From NCBI GenBank assembly GCA_964016885.1, contig OZ024740.1, positions 409,014,001 to 409,078,000 of the forward strand: a DNA stretch of 64,000 nucleotides, read 5' to 3'. Of this stretch, positions 24,972 to 36,810 are shown piece after piece (within the stretch, counting starts at the first letter, position 1; each line of letters starts with the position of its first letter). Made by a program: the position numbers and the translations under genes. The stretch is from Eledone cirrhosa (taxonomy: Eukaryota). The notes beneath the pieces are model-generated. The model searched no databases. It worked only from the letters and a program-made list of their open reading frames with translations, and was not told the origin of the DNA.

Positions 24972-27636
24972 TTGGAATAAATGCTCTGAAATAGCGATAT
25001 ATATGTGAATATAGACATAGAATATTCGAAAATATTCTGTATGTTTATAATAAACATTTTGAAGACCTAATCGCTATAGAATAGAATACGTCACGTATTA
25101 CAATTAGATTCTCGATAAAAGCAAGGGAAGTAATCTACGCGTTTCATTCTTGTTAGAAATCATCAGGACTACATATCCAGTGCTTTTATCGAGAATGACA
25201 CAGCTAGAGACTTATAGAATACTTAGCTGTGTACAGGAACTGGTTTGAAAGAGCGGTTGCCGGTCCGGCAGAAATTAGAAATTGGAATAAATGCTCTGAA
25301 ATAGCGATATATATGTGAATATAGACATAGAATATTCGAAAATATTCTGTATGTTTATAATAAACATTTTGAAGACCTAATCGCTATAGAATAGAATACG
25401 TCACGTATTACAATTAGATTCTCGATAAAAGCAAGGGAAGTAATCTACGCGTTTCATTCTTGTTAGAAATCATCAGGACTACATATCCAGTGCTTTTATC
25501 GAGAATGACACAGCTAGAGACTTATAGAATACTTAGCTGTGTACAGGAACTGGTTTGAAAGAGCGGTTGCCGGTCCGGCAGAAATTAGAAATTGGAATAA
25601 ATGCTCTGAAATAGCGATATATATGTGAATATAGACATAGAATATTCGAAAATATTCTGTATGTTTATAATAAACATTTTGAAGACCTAATCGCTATAGA
25701 ATAGAATACGTCACGTATTACAATTAGATTCTCGATAAAAGCAAGGGAAGTAATCTACGCGTTTCATTCTTGTTAGAAATCATCAGGACTACATATCCAG
25801 TGCTTTTATCGAGAATGACACAGCTAGAGACTTATAGAATACTTAGCTGTGTACAGGAACTGGTTTGAAAGAGCGGTTGCCGGTCCGGCAGAAATTAGAA
25901 ATTGGAATAAATGCTCTGAAATAGCGATATATATGTGAATATAGACATAGAATATTCGAAAATATTCTGTATGTTTATAATAAACATTTTGAAGACCTAA
26001 TCGCTATAGAATAGAATACGTCACGTATTACAATTAGATTCTCGATAAAAGCAAGGGAAGTAATCTACGCGTTTCATTCTTGTTAGAAATCATCAGGACT
26101 ACATATCCAGTGCTTTTATCGAGAATGACACAGCTAGAGACTTATAGAATACTTAGCTGTGTACAGGAACTGGTTTGAAAGAGCGGTTGCCGGTCCGGCA
26201 GAAATTAGAAATTGGAATAAATGCTCTGAAATAGCGATATATATGTGAATATAGACATAGAATATTCGAAAATATTCTGTATGTTTATAATAAACATTTT
26301 GAAGACCTAATCGCTATAGAATAGAATACGTCACGTATTACAATTAGATTCTCGATAAAAGCAAGGGAAGTAATCTACGCGTTTCATTCTTGTTAGAAAT
26401 CATCAGGACTACATATCCAGTGCTTTTATCGAGAATGACACAGCTAGAGACTTATAGAATACTTAGCTGTGTACAGGAACTGGTTTGAAAGAGCGGTTGC
26501 CGGTCCGGCAGAAATTAGAAATTGGAATAAATGCTCTGAAATAGCAATATATATGTGAATATAGACATAGAATATTCGAAAATATTCTGTATGTTTATAA
26601 TAAACATTTTGAAGACCTAATCGCTATAGAATAGAATACGTCACGTATTACAATTAGATTCTCGATAAAAGCAAGGGAAGTAATCTACGCGTTTCATTCT
26701 TGTTAGAATATATATTCACATATATATCGCTATTTCAGAGCATTTATTCCAATTTCTAATTTCTGCCGGACCGGCAACCGCTCTTTCAAACCAGTTCCTG
26801 TACACAGCTAAGTATTCTATAAGTCTCTAGCTGTGTCATTCTCGATAAAAGCACTGGATATGTAGTCCTGATGATTTCTAACAAGAATGAAACGCGTAGA
26901 TTACTTCCCTTGCTTTTATCGAGAATCTAATTGTAATACGTGACGTATTCTATTCTATAGCGATTAGGTCTTCAAAATGTTTATTATAAACATACAGAAT
27001 ATTTTCGAATATTCTATGTCTATATTCACATATATATCGCTATTTCAGAGCATTTATTCCAATTTCTAATTTCTGCCGGACCGGCAACCGCTCTTTCAAA
27101 CCAGTTCCTGTACACAGCTAAGTATTCTATAAGTCTCTAGCTGTGTCATTCTCGATAAAAGCACTGGATATGTAGTCCTGATGATTTCTAACAAGAATGA
27201 AACGCGTAGATTACTTCCCTTGCTTTTATCGAGAATCTAATTGTAATACGTGACGTATTCTATTCTATAGCGATTAGGTCTTCAAAATGTTTATTATAAA
27301 CATACAGAATATTTTCGAATATTTTATGTCTATATTCACATATATATCGCTATTTCAGAGCATTTATTCCAATTTCTAATTTCTGCCGGACCGGCAACCG
27401 CTCTTTCAAACCAGTTCCTGTACACAGCTAAGTATTCTATAAGTCTCTAGCTGTGTCATTCTCGATAAAAGCACTGGATATGTAGTCCTGATGATTTCTA
27501 ACAAGAATGAAACGCGTAGATTACTTCCCTTGCTTTTATCGAGAATCTAATTGTAATACGTGACGTATTCTATTCTATAGCGATTAGGTCTTCAAAATGT
27601 TTATTATAAACATACAGAATATTTTCGAATATTCTA

Positions 27637-27642
<6 letters not shown>
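24972..27642. mobile_element. 310-bp tandem array (5.6 units, then 3 inverted units) with one type I hammerhead per unit; retrozyme-like
   Basis: Units start at 24972, 25282, 25592, 25902, 26212 and 26522; inverted block 26711-27640; only two substitutions seen (26546, 27324); (TA)n on both sides. Confidence 0.92.
26838..26926 (+). ncRNA. Type I hammerhead ribozyme motif. Further + copies at 27148-27236 and 27458-27546; minus-strand copies at 25108, 25418, 25728, 26038 and 26348
   Basis: Stem I gtagtc/gattac; CTGATGA at 26868-26874; stem II ttct-aaca-agaa; GAAA at 26889-26892; palindromic stem III ACGCGT; GUA triplet ending 26898; distal 16-bp helix attctcgataaaagca/tgcttttatcgagaat. Confidence 0.85.
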
Positions 27643-27691
<49 letters not shown>

Positions 27692-27772
27692 CTATGTAGA
27701 TTTAATAAGTCCTTTGTTAAATTTGGGGGAAAGTTTTTCTTAGCTAACAAAGGACTTATTAGCTCTACATAG

Positions 27773-27814
<42 letters not shown>

Positions 27815-27819
<5 letters not shown>

Positions 27820-28045
27820 TGTTTTTGTCTTTGAGCAAGACACTTCATATCGCGTTACTCCAGCCCACTCAGCTGGAAAAAAAAGATTTGAAGGGTTAGC
27901 CTTATCACATTCTGTGTCATGCTGAATCTCCCTGAGGGTATGCGTCTGTGGAATGCTCAGCTACTTGCACATTAACTCCACGATCAGGCTGCTCCGTTGA
28001 GCGGATCAACTGTAACACTCATCATGATAACAAACGGAGTGCCTC
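27815..28045 (+). mobile_element. SINE family A-related body, 5'-truncated
   Basis: tttgagcaagacacttcat..ctccag..cactcagctg motif. Confidence 0.6.
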
Positions 28046-28438
28046 CTATATATATGTATGTATGCATATATATACATGTGTGTGTGAGGACAAAGTTATT
28101 AATGGAAAATTATACTTTCATAAAAAAAAAAAACATATTTGTTCTCTTACAATCATTTCAAATGTGATATTATTCAAAGTATTGGTAAAAATTCATTTCA
28201 TCTAGTCATGTCAATCTATAAATTTATATATATTTCTATACGGTCATGATTCACTCTCTTCTGAGAGAAAAAGATAGTTGGTGGTGAAATTTTTAACAGA
28301 TATTTGGATTAACTTTAGCTTAAATTACGTATGTTAATCCTACATCTGAAGTACAGAGTTTCTTTTGACAGAATATATTTTTTTCCGTATTTTGTATTTC
28401 CCACGCTTGAAGTATGTTGACATTTTGGTTTTAGAACA

Positions 28439-28473
<35 letters not shown>

Positions 28474-28639
28474 CAAATTATAAACGTAAACATGTAAGTA
28501 TGTTTTTGAAACGGTGCGCGAGTTTGAAATTAGAAAATATAAGCTTTCACCGTATTTTAGACTAAAGAAATTTCTAGCCTGATAGTGGGGTTTATAACCC
28601 TCGGAGAAAATTTTCTAATTTCTAATATATATATATATG

Positions 28640-29197
28640 CAAAAGTTCTATTTAAAATTGTTGGGATACAACAAGTAAATATTTTTATAACTGATATAAA
28701 GCACTCGACAAATTTTTGGAGTAGATATACGATATTAATAAATGGAAACTATATTTATAAAACCATATTTATTTCATTATACATATTTCAGGGATACCAC
28801 ATTAAATTATGGTATGCCTTCATCAGACAAAATACAATATATAACAGTTTTACAAATAGGTTTGACGTACCCTTTAAAATACAACCATTACTTTTGGAGG
28901 CTGTCTGGATAGTGATTTGTTCATATAATAAGTCATAGTGTTAAGCACAATTAGAAAAAGACGGAGAGAAATTGTGCTTAACACTATGACTTATTATATG
29001 AACAAATCACTATCCAGACAGCCTCCAAAAGTAATGGTTGTATTTTAAAGGGTACGTCAAACCTATTTGTAAAACTGTTATATATTGTATTTTGTCTGAT
29101 GAAGGCATACCATAATTTAATGTGGTATCCCTGAAATATGTATAATGAAATAAATATGGTTTTATAAATATAGTTTCCATTTATTAATATCGTATAT
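28640..29197. mobile_element. (TA)n-flanked PLE-like element with palindrome 28725-29197 and an HHR motif in each arm
   Basis: 228-bp arms and a 17-nt spacer; + strand CTGATGA at 29096-29102 and GAAA at 29133-29136; same family as 5872-6323. Confidence 0.85.
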
Positions 29198-29566
29198 ATA
29201 TAGTATTAAGGATACTATTTATGGTTATGTATATACTAAAACCTTTTATAGTTATATATATTTTAAACCCTAAACAGTGAAAGACAGTAATTTATTACTA
29301 CCTTATTACCAGTAAGATAAATAGCTCAATGTAATAACATCATTTGTTTTACAGAGCAGTTATATAGAAATTACATGAATCAAAGTTCTGTTTAAACCAT
29401 TTATTCGCTTACAATTGTTTCTTCCAAACCGAGGTTTGGAGTATTCAGAGCAATTTTTCAATGATTGTTTACATACATGACCTCCTTTTCAACACAAGAG
29501 ACATACAGAAACATATGTATATATTGATGCACAGTGGGTTGACATCCATTATAATATTTAAGCATG

Positions 29567-29672
29567 AGGATGAGCATTGACGTGCAAGGGTCACAAACCC
29601 ACACCTTTGGTTTGCCGGACCAATGTATGAACCATTTACACCAGTACACTAGAATTAGAAGCTATAATCATA

Positions 29673-29737
<65 letters not shown>

Positions 29738-30227
29738 GTGTTTCTGTAGGAAAGGTAAAGGAAAGAAGAGTGCTCTATATAGGCTACAGATCTATTTAGT
29801 TATTTAATAAACAACAAGACAATTATTCCATAAACCAAAGGTTTCACGATGACAGACGAGCTCGACACAGACGTCTGAAGTCGTTCATCAGAATGAAACT
29901 TCAAATAAAATGTCATTCTGATGAATGATTTCTGACGTCTGTGTCGAGCTTGTCTGTCTTCGTGAAACCTTTGGTTTATGGAGTAATTGTTTTTTGTTGT
30001 TTATTGAATAACTATATATAAAGATACAAAGCAGGCTTTGTTTATAAACAGCAAAGATTTGAAAAATAGCTAGTAACATGTACTTAGTCCATATTTGACT
30101 AATTATGGTTATAGCTTCTAATTGAATGGAATAAAGTGTGGGTATTGTATTGGTGTAAATGGTTAGCACATTGGTCCGGCAAACCAAAGGTGTGGGTTTG
30201 TGTCCCATGTATGTCAATATTCATCCT
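29567..30227. mobile_element. Inverted pair of tRNA-like heads (29567-29649 minus, 30146-30227 plus) enclosing an HHR-bearing palindrome (29797-30014)
   Basis: tggtgtaaatggtt..ttggt-ccggcaa-accaa..gtgggtttg in both orientations; CTGATGA at 29918-29924 and GAAA at 29964-29967. Confidence 0.7.
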
Positions 30228-30309
30228 TTTTTCCATTCAGAGGGTTTTTTTAAATCCCAACTAATAGACTTATTTTATTTAGTCAAATATGGCGTAAGCA
30301 CATTACTAG

Positions 30310-30409
<100 letters not shown>

Positions 30410-30677
30410 CAAGCAAGCAATAGGAAATAGCATGGAAAATATATTTAAGGGTGTTTTTTTTTTTTCTTCCTTTCTTTGATTCGTCAAAGTGACATTATTG
30501 AAAAAATGAGAGGGACAATTCTTTTAAAAAAGAGTTTTATAATGTATATAAAGTACTACTGGTGTTGAGGTAAGTATTTTTCATCTTCCTTGGAAGATGA
30601 AAAAATCTTAATATATATATATACAAACATATATATGTATTTAAAAAATATATATATATATGTATAATGAAACAGTC

Positions 30678-32198
30678 AGTAAGGTTAGAATTAACAATGA
30701 ATATTGTGAAGAATTTAGTGTAAAAGTTGGCGTTCATTAAGGCTCTGTCCTTAGCCCCCTCTTATTTATTATTGCCCTTCAGGCTATAACAGAGGAGTTC
30801 AAGACCGGCTGCCCATGGGAACTCCTATACACAGATGATCTAATGCTCATAGCTGAATCAATGGCTGAACTAGAGAAGAAATTCCAAACATGGAAGCATG
30901 GCATAGAATCAAAAGGCCTTAAAGTTAACTTGTCTAAGACTAAAGTCCTAGTTTGTACAAAGGAAAATAAGGCACAGGTACCCTCAGGGAAATGGCTTTG
31001 CTCAGTGTGTAGGAAAGGAGGAGGCAGAAATTCAATTTTATGTCCCAAATGCAAAGTATGGGTATGTAAAAGATGTAGTGGGATCACAGGTAAACTATCT
31101 AAGAACGTAGGCTTTATATGTGGCCGATGCTCAGGTGCAATAGGTAGCAAGTGTCCACAGGATACTAGCCCCTTCTATTGCCCAGATAGTTCTATAGAAA
31201 TAGTAGACACTTTCCGTTACCTGGGTGACAAAATCAGCAGTGGTGGAGGGTGTTCTGAAAGTACAGTAGCCAGAGTCAGAACGGGATGGAAAAAGTTCAG
31301 AGAGCTTATACCGCTGTTGGTCACAAACGGTTTCTCTCTAAAAATGAAAAGCAGATTGTATGATGCTTGTATACGAACAGCAATGCTACATTGCAGTGAG
31401 ACATGGGCATTGCATGCAGAGGACCTGCGTAGACTGGAAAGGAACGAAGCATGCATGCTCCATTGGATGTGTAATAGTAATATACGTGAACGGCAAAGCA
31501 TAAATGAACTAAGTGAGAAATTAGGCATAAGAGGGATCAGATGCTGTTTACTCGAGAGAAGACTACGTTGGTATGGCCACGTGATGCGCATGAAAGACGA
31601 CAGCTGTATAAAAAAGTGCAGGGCGATCAAAATTGATGGTAGTTACGGGGTAGGTAGACCCAGAAAAACCTGGGACGATCTGATAAATTCCGACCTTACA
31701 CACTTGCACCTCTCTAAGACAATGCCACTGGACCGAGATCTTTGGCGCTACGCAGTAATAAAGAAGACCCGCCTTGCCTATGTACAAAGCGAAACCTACA
31801 ATCAGTAGGCACCTCTTAACCAAATATACACCCCAATCCACTACCCCTACCCTATCCTCCCACTCCCACCAACAACACCCCCTCTCTATAAAGTTGGTAC
31901 CACAACATCCAGTCCAAATAAATGAGATCGAGATCGTGTAGGTGTTACGAGAAAAAAATACACAGTCCACGCTGTAATGTGGTCGTGTAGGTAACACGGT
32001 AAAAAGTTCCCAGTTCCGCACTGTAAATGTGGTTGGTGTTAGGAAAGGCATCCAGCCGTAGAAAACCTGCCAGATAGTCCTATATGGGCGAGACACGGTC
32101 ACCCGACCAACCTTGCCTCAAGTGGGAAAACTCCCGTCTAACCCATGCTAGTGTGGAAAGTCGACGTTAAATGAGGATGATGATGATGATGATGATGA
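30678..32198 (+). mobile_element. 5'-truncated RTE-clade LINE (RT with PHD-like insert, 3' UTR, (GAT)n tail)
   Basis: VGVH*GSVLSPLLF and LLYTDDL upstream of ORF 30843-31808, which is highly similar to 12712-13779. Confidence 0.93.
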
Positions 32199-32212
32199 TA
32201 TATATATATATA

Positions 32213-33116
32213 TCATCATCATCATCATCATCATCAACGTTTAACGTCCGTGTTCCACGCTTGCATGGGTTTGGACGGGGGTAGTCCCACTTGAGGCAAG
32301 AGTGATTGTCTTGCTCGCATAGGACTGTCTGGCAGGTTTTCTACAGTTGGATGCCCTTCCTAACACCAACCACATTTACAGTGTGGGTCTGGGAGGTTTT
32401 TACCGTGTTGCCTACACGGCCACATTACAGCGTGGACTGTGTGTTTTTTTGTCGTGACACCTACACGATCTCATTTGTTTCGGCCTGGATGGCGCGGCAC
32501 CAACATAACTTTACATAGAACGGGGTGGTGTGGATGGGGTGGTGGTGGTGGCGGGACGGGGTGTATTTTGTTAGAGATGCCTACTGGCAAGGCGGGTCTT
32601 CTCTGTTACTGAGTACCGCCAAAGGTCTCGGTCCAGTGACATTGTCTTGGAGAGGTGTAAGTGTGTGAGGTCGGAATTTATCAGCTCGTCCCATGTTTTT
32701 CTGGGTCTGCCTACTCCGTGGCTACCGTCTATCTTTATTGCCCTGCACTTTGTTATACAGCTATCGACTTTCATGCACATCACGTGTCCATACCAACGCA
32801 GCCTTCTCTCGAGTAAACAACATCTGATCCCTCTTATCTCTAATTTTTTCCTTAGTTCGTTTATGCTTTGCCGTTCACGTATATTACTGTTACACATCCA
32901 GCGGAGCATGCAAGCTTCGTTCCTCTCTAGTCTGCGTATATCCTCTGCACACAATGCCCAGGTCTCACTACCATGCAACATTGCTGTTCGTATGCAGGCA
33001 TCGTACAACCTGCCTTTCATTTTTAGGGAGAACCCTTTAGCAGCTAATAGTGGTATAAGCTCTCTGAACTTTTTCCAACCAGTTCTGACTCTAGCTACAG
33101 TACTTTCAGAGCACCC
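32213..33116 (-). mobile_element. 5'-truncated RTE-clade LINE, tail-to-tail with the preceding copy
   Basis: ORF 32571-33020 belongs to the same family; (CAT)n at the left end. Confidence 0.92.
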
Positions 33117-33429
33117 ATATATATATATATATATATATATATAAATCTTTAATTTTTAGTTTTTAAATCTTATTCTTTTTAATTGTATTACTCAACATTT
33201 AATAAGATGAATTTTACTAATACATCGAAACATCCCTTTCATTTTTTCAATAATGTCATTTTGACGAATCAAAGAAAAGAAAAAAAAAAGAAAAACAGAC
33301 CCTTAAATATATTTTCGATGCTTTTCCTATTTCACTTTTTCGCTGTAACTACTGTTTTGTATAGAACCTCACTTTCCGTTTCATATATATATATATATAT
33401 GTATGTATGTGTGTGTGTGTGTGTGTAAA

Positions 33430-34787
33430 TCAGGATGGAATCAGTTTGAAACTGGTTAGACTATTACTCAACACAGTACTTGATATATACACCCTAGGTC
33501 ATCATAGTACATTTGCATACACTATTATGTATCCACACTAACAAATACATACCTAGGTTTGCATAGCACAAATGAGCACAACTCCACATACAGCTCACCA
33601 GCAGACCCCAATAGCTCCCAGAAATACACACAGAAAAAGAATACTCTTATTGAAGCACTTGATCCGACAGTGTCACACCAATAGACACATATCATCATTT
33701 GACAAAACAAAATTAATAGCATATGCAACCATTATATAAGCAGCTCATCTTGTACTTACCTGAGCTGCACATCCAACCCTCCAGCCACATACATTTAGTC
33801 CTAAATAGGTACAAACCATATTTTTCTGATAGCGGCATTAAAACGACAACACCCATCTTAGCACTCCATTACAGAAATATCAATATCTAATTGCAGGTGG
33901 ACAGCCTCCATGATACCCCTCGGAACACATATAGGCACCCAAGACGAACATAGGCCCATTAGATTGCATAATAAATAGTAATCTCTCACTCCATCTGTTC
34001 TACTATAAGTACATGAAATATAATCACCACCACCCACAATAAAAACGTATCAATCCAATTGTAGTTTCAAATATCTAAGCGTTTAGCATAACAAACAGTA
34101 ATAGTCACAAACACTACCATATATACTAATATATCAAGTTCTATCTACACCCACATTTGCACCCATAACTTCCCTATACTCTTAACTGTAATTTCAGGTA
34201 ACTTAAGTTGTAGCTTAGTTGTTAGTAAATAAATTCACTAGACTTTACATTAGTAGCACCGGCTAGCTGTTCCTTGATTTTTCAGATAACTAAAAAATAA
34301 GTCATCAATTTGTTGAGGGACACTTTTACATTGCCAATGGGCGACTTAGACAATTTTTTGATATGGGGATTTACTGCTAAGTCTGATGCTAATTCTATAG
34401 CCTTGTTGGTCGCAATAACCATACCTGGGGGCAGACACACACCTTCATATATCGATAACTATAATTCTACCTCCTCTCAATGATTATTTCAAGTTGAACA
34501 GGCAAATACACTCGGATGTACACATAGATGCAAACATGTATACACTCACTAAGTTAGATATATATACACACACACACAGCCACTCCATAACCATAAAAAA
34601 TAAATTAACACTTCTATGAAGAGAATTTTCAATTGGATGATTAATGTATGCCCTTATTTGGACAAAGCACACCCCTGATGATACAGGCAGTAAACTGCAA
34701 AGCCCTTCGGCAAGTTGTCTGTAACAAGCTGTTGAAATGGCAAGAGCTCAGCCATCGGGTCCCGACACTTTATAATACACACACACA
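33430..34787 (+). mobile_element. Probable decayed PLE 3' fragment ending in an HHR
   Basis: A/C-rich block bounded by microsatellites with a terminal hammerhead; no intact ORF recognised. Confidence 0.45.
34671..34760 (+). ncRNA. Type I hammerhead ribozyme motif with a full stem III and an enlarged stem II
   Basis: Stem I accc/gggt; CTGATGA at 34675-34681; tacaggca/tgtctgta helix; GAAA at 34734-34737; stem III atggc/gccat; AUC triplet ending 34756. Confidence 0.7.
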
Positions 34788-34894
34788 TTATATATATATA
34801 ATATATGTATATAATATATATTTATAATATATGTTTATAATACATAGGTATAATATATGTATATATATATAATATATAATATCTGTGTATATAA

Positions 34895-35753
34895 TCTATA
34901 TATATAAAACTGAGGATCTCTGTCTGTGTGTGTGTGAGTATGAATCCCTAAAACTCGAGAACCACCCAACCGACTGTTTTCAAACTTTACACATGTAATA
35001 CTTAGGTTTCAGGGAGTGTTCTGAGCAAAAAAATGTTCAATTTTCAATGCCCTAGGGACCGCATTAGGCGATTTAGCGATCTCTCTCTATAATTCTTAGT
35101 CTTTCTCTTTTTAGATAGATACATACATATAACGTTGTGCTCTTATAATGTCTGACTGTCTGCATTACGTCACTTCCCTGAGGATGTCTGTCTGTGTGTG
35201 TGTCTGTGAGTTTGAATCCCTAAAACTCGAGAAGTACCCAACTGACTTTTTTCAAACTTTACATGTGTATTACTTATGTTCAACTTTTTGGTTCCCTAGG
35301 GTCCACATTAGTTGAAAAACTGCGTTTTTTCAGGTTTTTAGGGGTTTTTTTGAGTCGTTACGTCAGACTGATTTCCTTGAAATTGTAACTATGTGAGCAA
35401 AGAAAATCCAACTTTTTTATGGCCTAGGGCCCACATTAGGTGAAAAACCTCATTTTTTTCAGCTTTTTAGGGCTTTTTTGAGGCGTTACGTCTAGCCGAT
35501 TTTCCCGAAATTTCAAGGCATATTATGCACATAAAAAAAATTAATTTCCTTGATCCCCTAGAGCCTGCATTAGGTGAAAACCTGCATTGTTCCTGCTTCA
35601 TCGAGGAAAATCTTAAAGATTATCCAGCCATCAGAGTATTCGGTTTATTTTCTTTACATATTGTCCAGGCATGCAGTTTTTCCACGATTAGGTCTGTTGG
35701 CGGCCCGCATTCCAAAATACCTTATCCCGTGCAACGCCGGATACCACTGCTAG
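34895..35753 (+). mobile_element. Non-autonomous Helitron
   Basis: 5' TC(TATATATATAAAA); 3' GC-rich hairpin cccgtgcaacgccgg followed by CTAG; inserted between A and T; internal direct duplications. Confidence 0.85.
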
Positions 35754-36439
35754 TATATATATATGTATATGTAAATATATATGACAGGGCTTGGGCTTGA
35801 CTAGAAAAAAACTCCACCCTACTTTCTCCAACGCCACTGTGAGCACTCTGTTGTCTGTATGATGGGGAAAATATTCCATCAGTATTGCCCATATGATGTT
35901 AGTATCACCTTTAAAATCCACCCAAGGCATCATTCCTTTACTATCCTGCCACTACAAAAATCAGACTGTCATTTCATAGTAATGATATGACATAACTACT
36001 TCATCTCAACTGACCCTGCTCTCATACCCAAAATATATCAAGACAGAAACGGATCCCATAATTAAAAGTTTCCTGGAAAATTTCCTCCAAGAAATCTCGG
36101 ATTTGTCTCTGAAAACAACTCTTTACTTACGTGGGCCACAGTGTCCAAAACATGATTACGTTGTGAACCTAAAATCTAGTAAATGCTAGTAAGTTAGACA
36201 TGGTCAAAACCTTTTTTTTTTTTTTTTTTTTTTGGTGTAACGAGAGACTCTTAGTCTTCATTATGACATCTCTCTAGGAGTAGGTCACATTGATATAAAA
36301 ACTGTGACTTTGTTTGCAGCCAATGATGTAGACCAGCTCTTTTTGGGTAAAAGCATTTGATGTTCAGAGAGTATGATTGGCCCCATGCAAAGCCTTTCCT
36401 CACTAAGAAAGGCATTACTTGAAATTTGAGTTGCAGCCA

Positions 36440-36474
<35 letters not shown>

Positions 36475-36476
<2 letters not shown>

Positions 36477-36810
36477 TGCATGACTTAGTGGTAGAGCACC
36501 GGGCTTACAATCGTGAAGTTGTTAGTTCGATTCTCACACTGGGCTTTACGTTGTGTTCTTAAGCAAGATACTTTAATTTCACATTGCTCCAATTCATTCA
36601 ACTGTAGAAATAAGTTGCAACCTCACTGGTGCCAGGCTGTATCAGCCATTGCCTTTTCCTTGGACAACATTGGTGGTTTGGAGAAGGGAGATCGGTATGC
36701 ATGGGCGACTGCTGATCTTCCACAAACAACCTTGCTTGGACTTGTGCCTCAGAGGGCAACTTTCTAGGTGCAATCTCCATGGTCATTTGTGACCGAAGGG
36801 GATCTTTACT
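36475..36810 (+). mobile_element. SINE family A
   Basis: tgacttagtggtagagc..gttcgattct head and aagcaagatacttt..tttcacattgctcca body. Confidence 0.75.

Noticed and set aside
28575-28620. CTGATAG-tgggg..accc-..GAAA as a hammerhead
   Set aside because: Core is altered and stem I is unclear; at most a decayed copy.
30146-30227. Functional tRNA gene
   Set aside because: T-arm and acceptor stem are degenerate; treated as a SINE-like head. The same applies to the family A heads.
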